From positions 462-64,461 of the IMG/VR virus record IMGVR_UViG_3300011115_000233: a DNA stretch of 64,000 nt; one strand, 5' to 3'. Under the pieces are notes generated by a model. The model saw only the letters and a program-made list of their open reading frames with translations, was not told where the DNA came from and searched no databases. The stretch comes from a virus. Taxonomy: Duplodnaviria > Caudoviricetes. The position numbers and the translations under genes were made by a program. Within the stretch, counting starts at the first letter, position 1. Each line of letters starts with the position of its first letter. Positions 63,118 through 64,000 of the stretch are shown in pieces.

Positions 63118-64000
63118 TAGCGGGTACCATCCTGACGGGCATCGAGACGTGGCGCACCAAGCTGCCATTGCACACCAAGCCCAGTAGACTGGATTTTAAA
63201 CGCCATCTGGCGCGCACGTGCGCGCATGAAGACCTGATCGGTATAGGTACCGAGCGTACTTTCAACAACACGCTGGCTATCCGCAGGGTCAGATTGGGCC
63301 GAGCCACCGGGGAAATTCCGTGGGACCACCGTAAGCGTAGCCGCTGCATCCGTTGCAGTAGATGTAGCAAAACTAACGTCTGGGATAATACGACGGATCA
63401 ACATGAAGTTATCGCCATCACCGAGATCAAACGGTGACGACTGAATGTAGCTGTCCATTGGGAGGACGTCGTCATCCAGACCATTCTCATGCTCATAAAC
63501 ATAGCCACTACCCGTAGTGGTCGCACCTGTGCTGATATCTACTGTAACCGGGGTATTAGCAGATTGGGGGAAATGCCGCAGTGGGGTGTCAAGCCAAGCC
63601 GTACGGTCAATGCTACCGTAGTACCAGATTTGCTCTAGGTGGTTATAGATCACATACGCATTGTTATAGCTGCTACCCGCTGTAGGATAAAACCACCATA
63701 TTTCATGCCATTGTTCGTTAGTCCCGCAGACAATCTGGTCAGACTGCTCGAAGTTAATATTCATAAACACATGGTCGCGCAGGGTGCACGGAAGCGTCTC
63801 GACGCGACCGGTATAAGCATAGAACTTATCCTGACCCATCCAGTAAACAACGTTGGACGCAGATGCCATGCAACGTGGCGAAGCCACAGAGATATTGTCC
63901 GCATACTCCTGAAGCCCGAACACATCTGTCGTGCCGAGATACTGGAGTGTGTAGAGGTTGGTGTCGGTCCAGACCAAGACATCCTGCCGGGTTGGTAACC
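63117..64000 (-). CDS. Tail/packaged-DNA stabilisation protein (P22 gp10-like), C-terminal part
   Basis: Open to the window end (...LPTRQDVLVWTDTNLY); EIWWFYP, RTAWLD, RIIPD, WQLGAPRLDARQDG. Confidence 0.75.
   Translation of the reverse strand, partial: LPTRQDVLVWTDTNLYTLQYLGTTDVFGLQEYADNISVASPRCMASASNVVYWMGQDKFYAYTGRVETLPCTLRDHVFMNINFEQSDQIVCGTNEQWHEIWWFYPTAGSSYNNAYVIYNHLEQIWYYGSIDRTAWLDTPLRHFPQSANTPVTVDISTGATTTGSGYVYEHENGLDDDVLPMDSYIQSSPFDLGDGDNFMLIRRIIPDVSFATSTATDAAATLTVVPRNFPGGSAQSDPADSQRVVESTLGTYTDQVFMRARARQMAFKIQSTGLGVQWQLGAPRLDARQDGTR

Noticed and set aside
1-64000. tRNA/rRNA genes, integrase, transposase, alternative genetic code
   Set aside because: None recognised by eye; genes tile densely under the standard code with TAA, TAG and TGA all used as stops. 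A tRNAscan run would be needed to fully exclude tRNAs.

Overview
The window is an almost complete (~64.3-64.5 kb, circularly permuted) genome of a tailed dsDNA bacteriophage with podovirus-like organisation. The host is probably an alphaproteobacterium (inferred from promoter style, spanins and a GcrA-like ORF). The minus strand carries the late module: 1-27.1 kb holds HNH, terminase, portal, GroES, scaffold, Mu-gpT-like major capsid, small basic core proteins, fibre/adhesin proteins, GH19 endolysin and spanins, and 51.96-64 kb holds internal/ejection proteins and a P22-gp10-like protein split across the window ends. The plus strand (27.6-51.9 kb) carries early cassettes, a MoxR-AAA/VWA module and a replication module (PolA, Cas4-like exonuclease, SNF2 helicase, SSB-like protein, primase-helicase). 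No tRNA, CRISPR array, integrase or reverse transcriptase was seen. The most striking unannotated signal is a ~70-nt putative small RNA at 51888-51957 with a candidate promoter and a terminator. Its hairpin loop and 3' arm (GUUUGCUCCUUC) are complementary to an extended ribosome-binding motif (A)AGGAGCA(A) found in front of ~16 early/middle genes and absent from the late-gene starts I checked, suggesting a phage-encoded multi-target anti-RBS switch. Other notable signals are 12 perfect copies of a 13-bp palindrome CTAAC-N3-GTTAG confined to the early region, a tandem array of early expression cassettes, an iteron-like origin, and two structured RNA elements in the late operon. All product calls come from motif recognition and synteny, not database searches.
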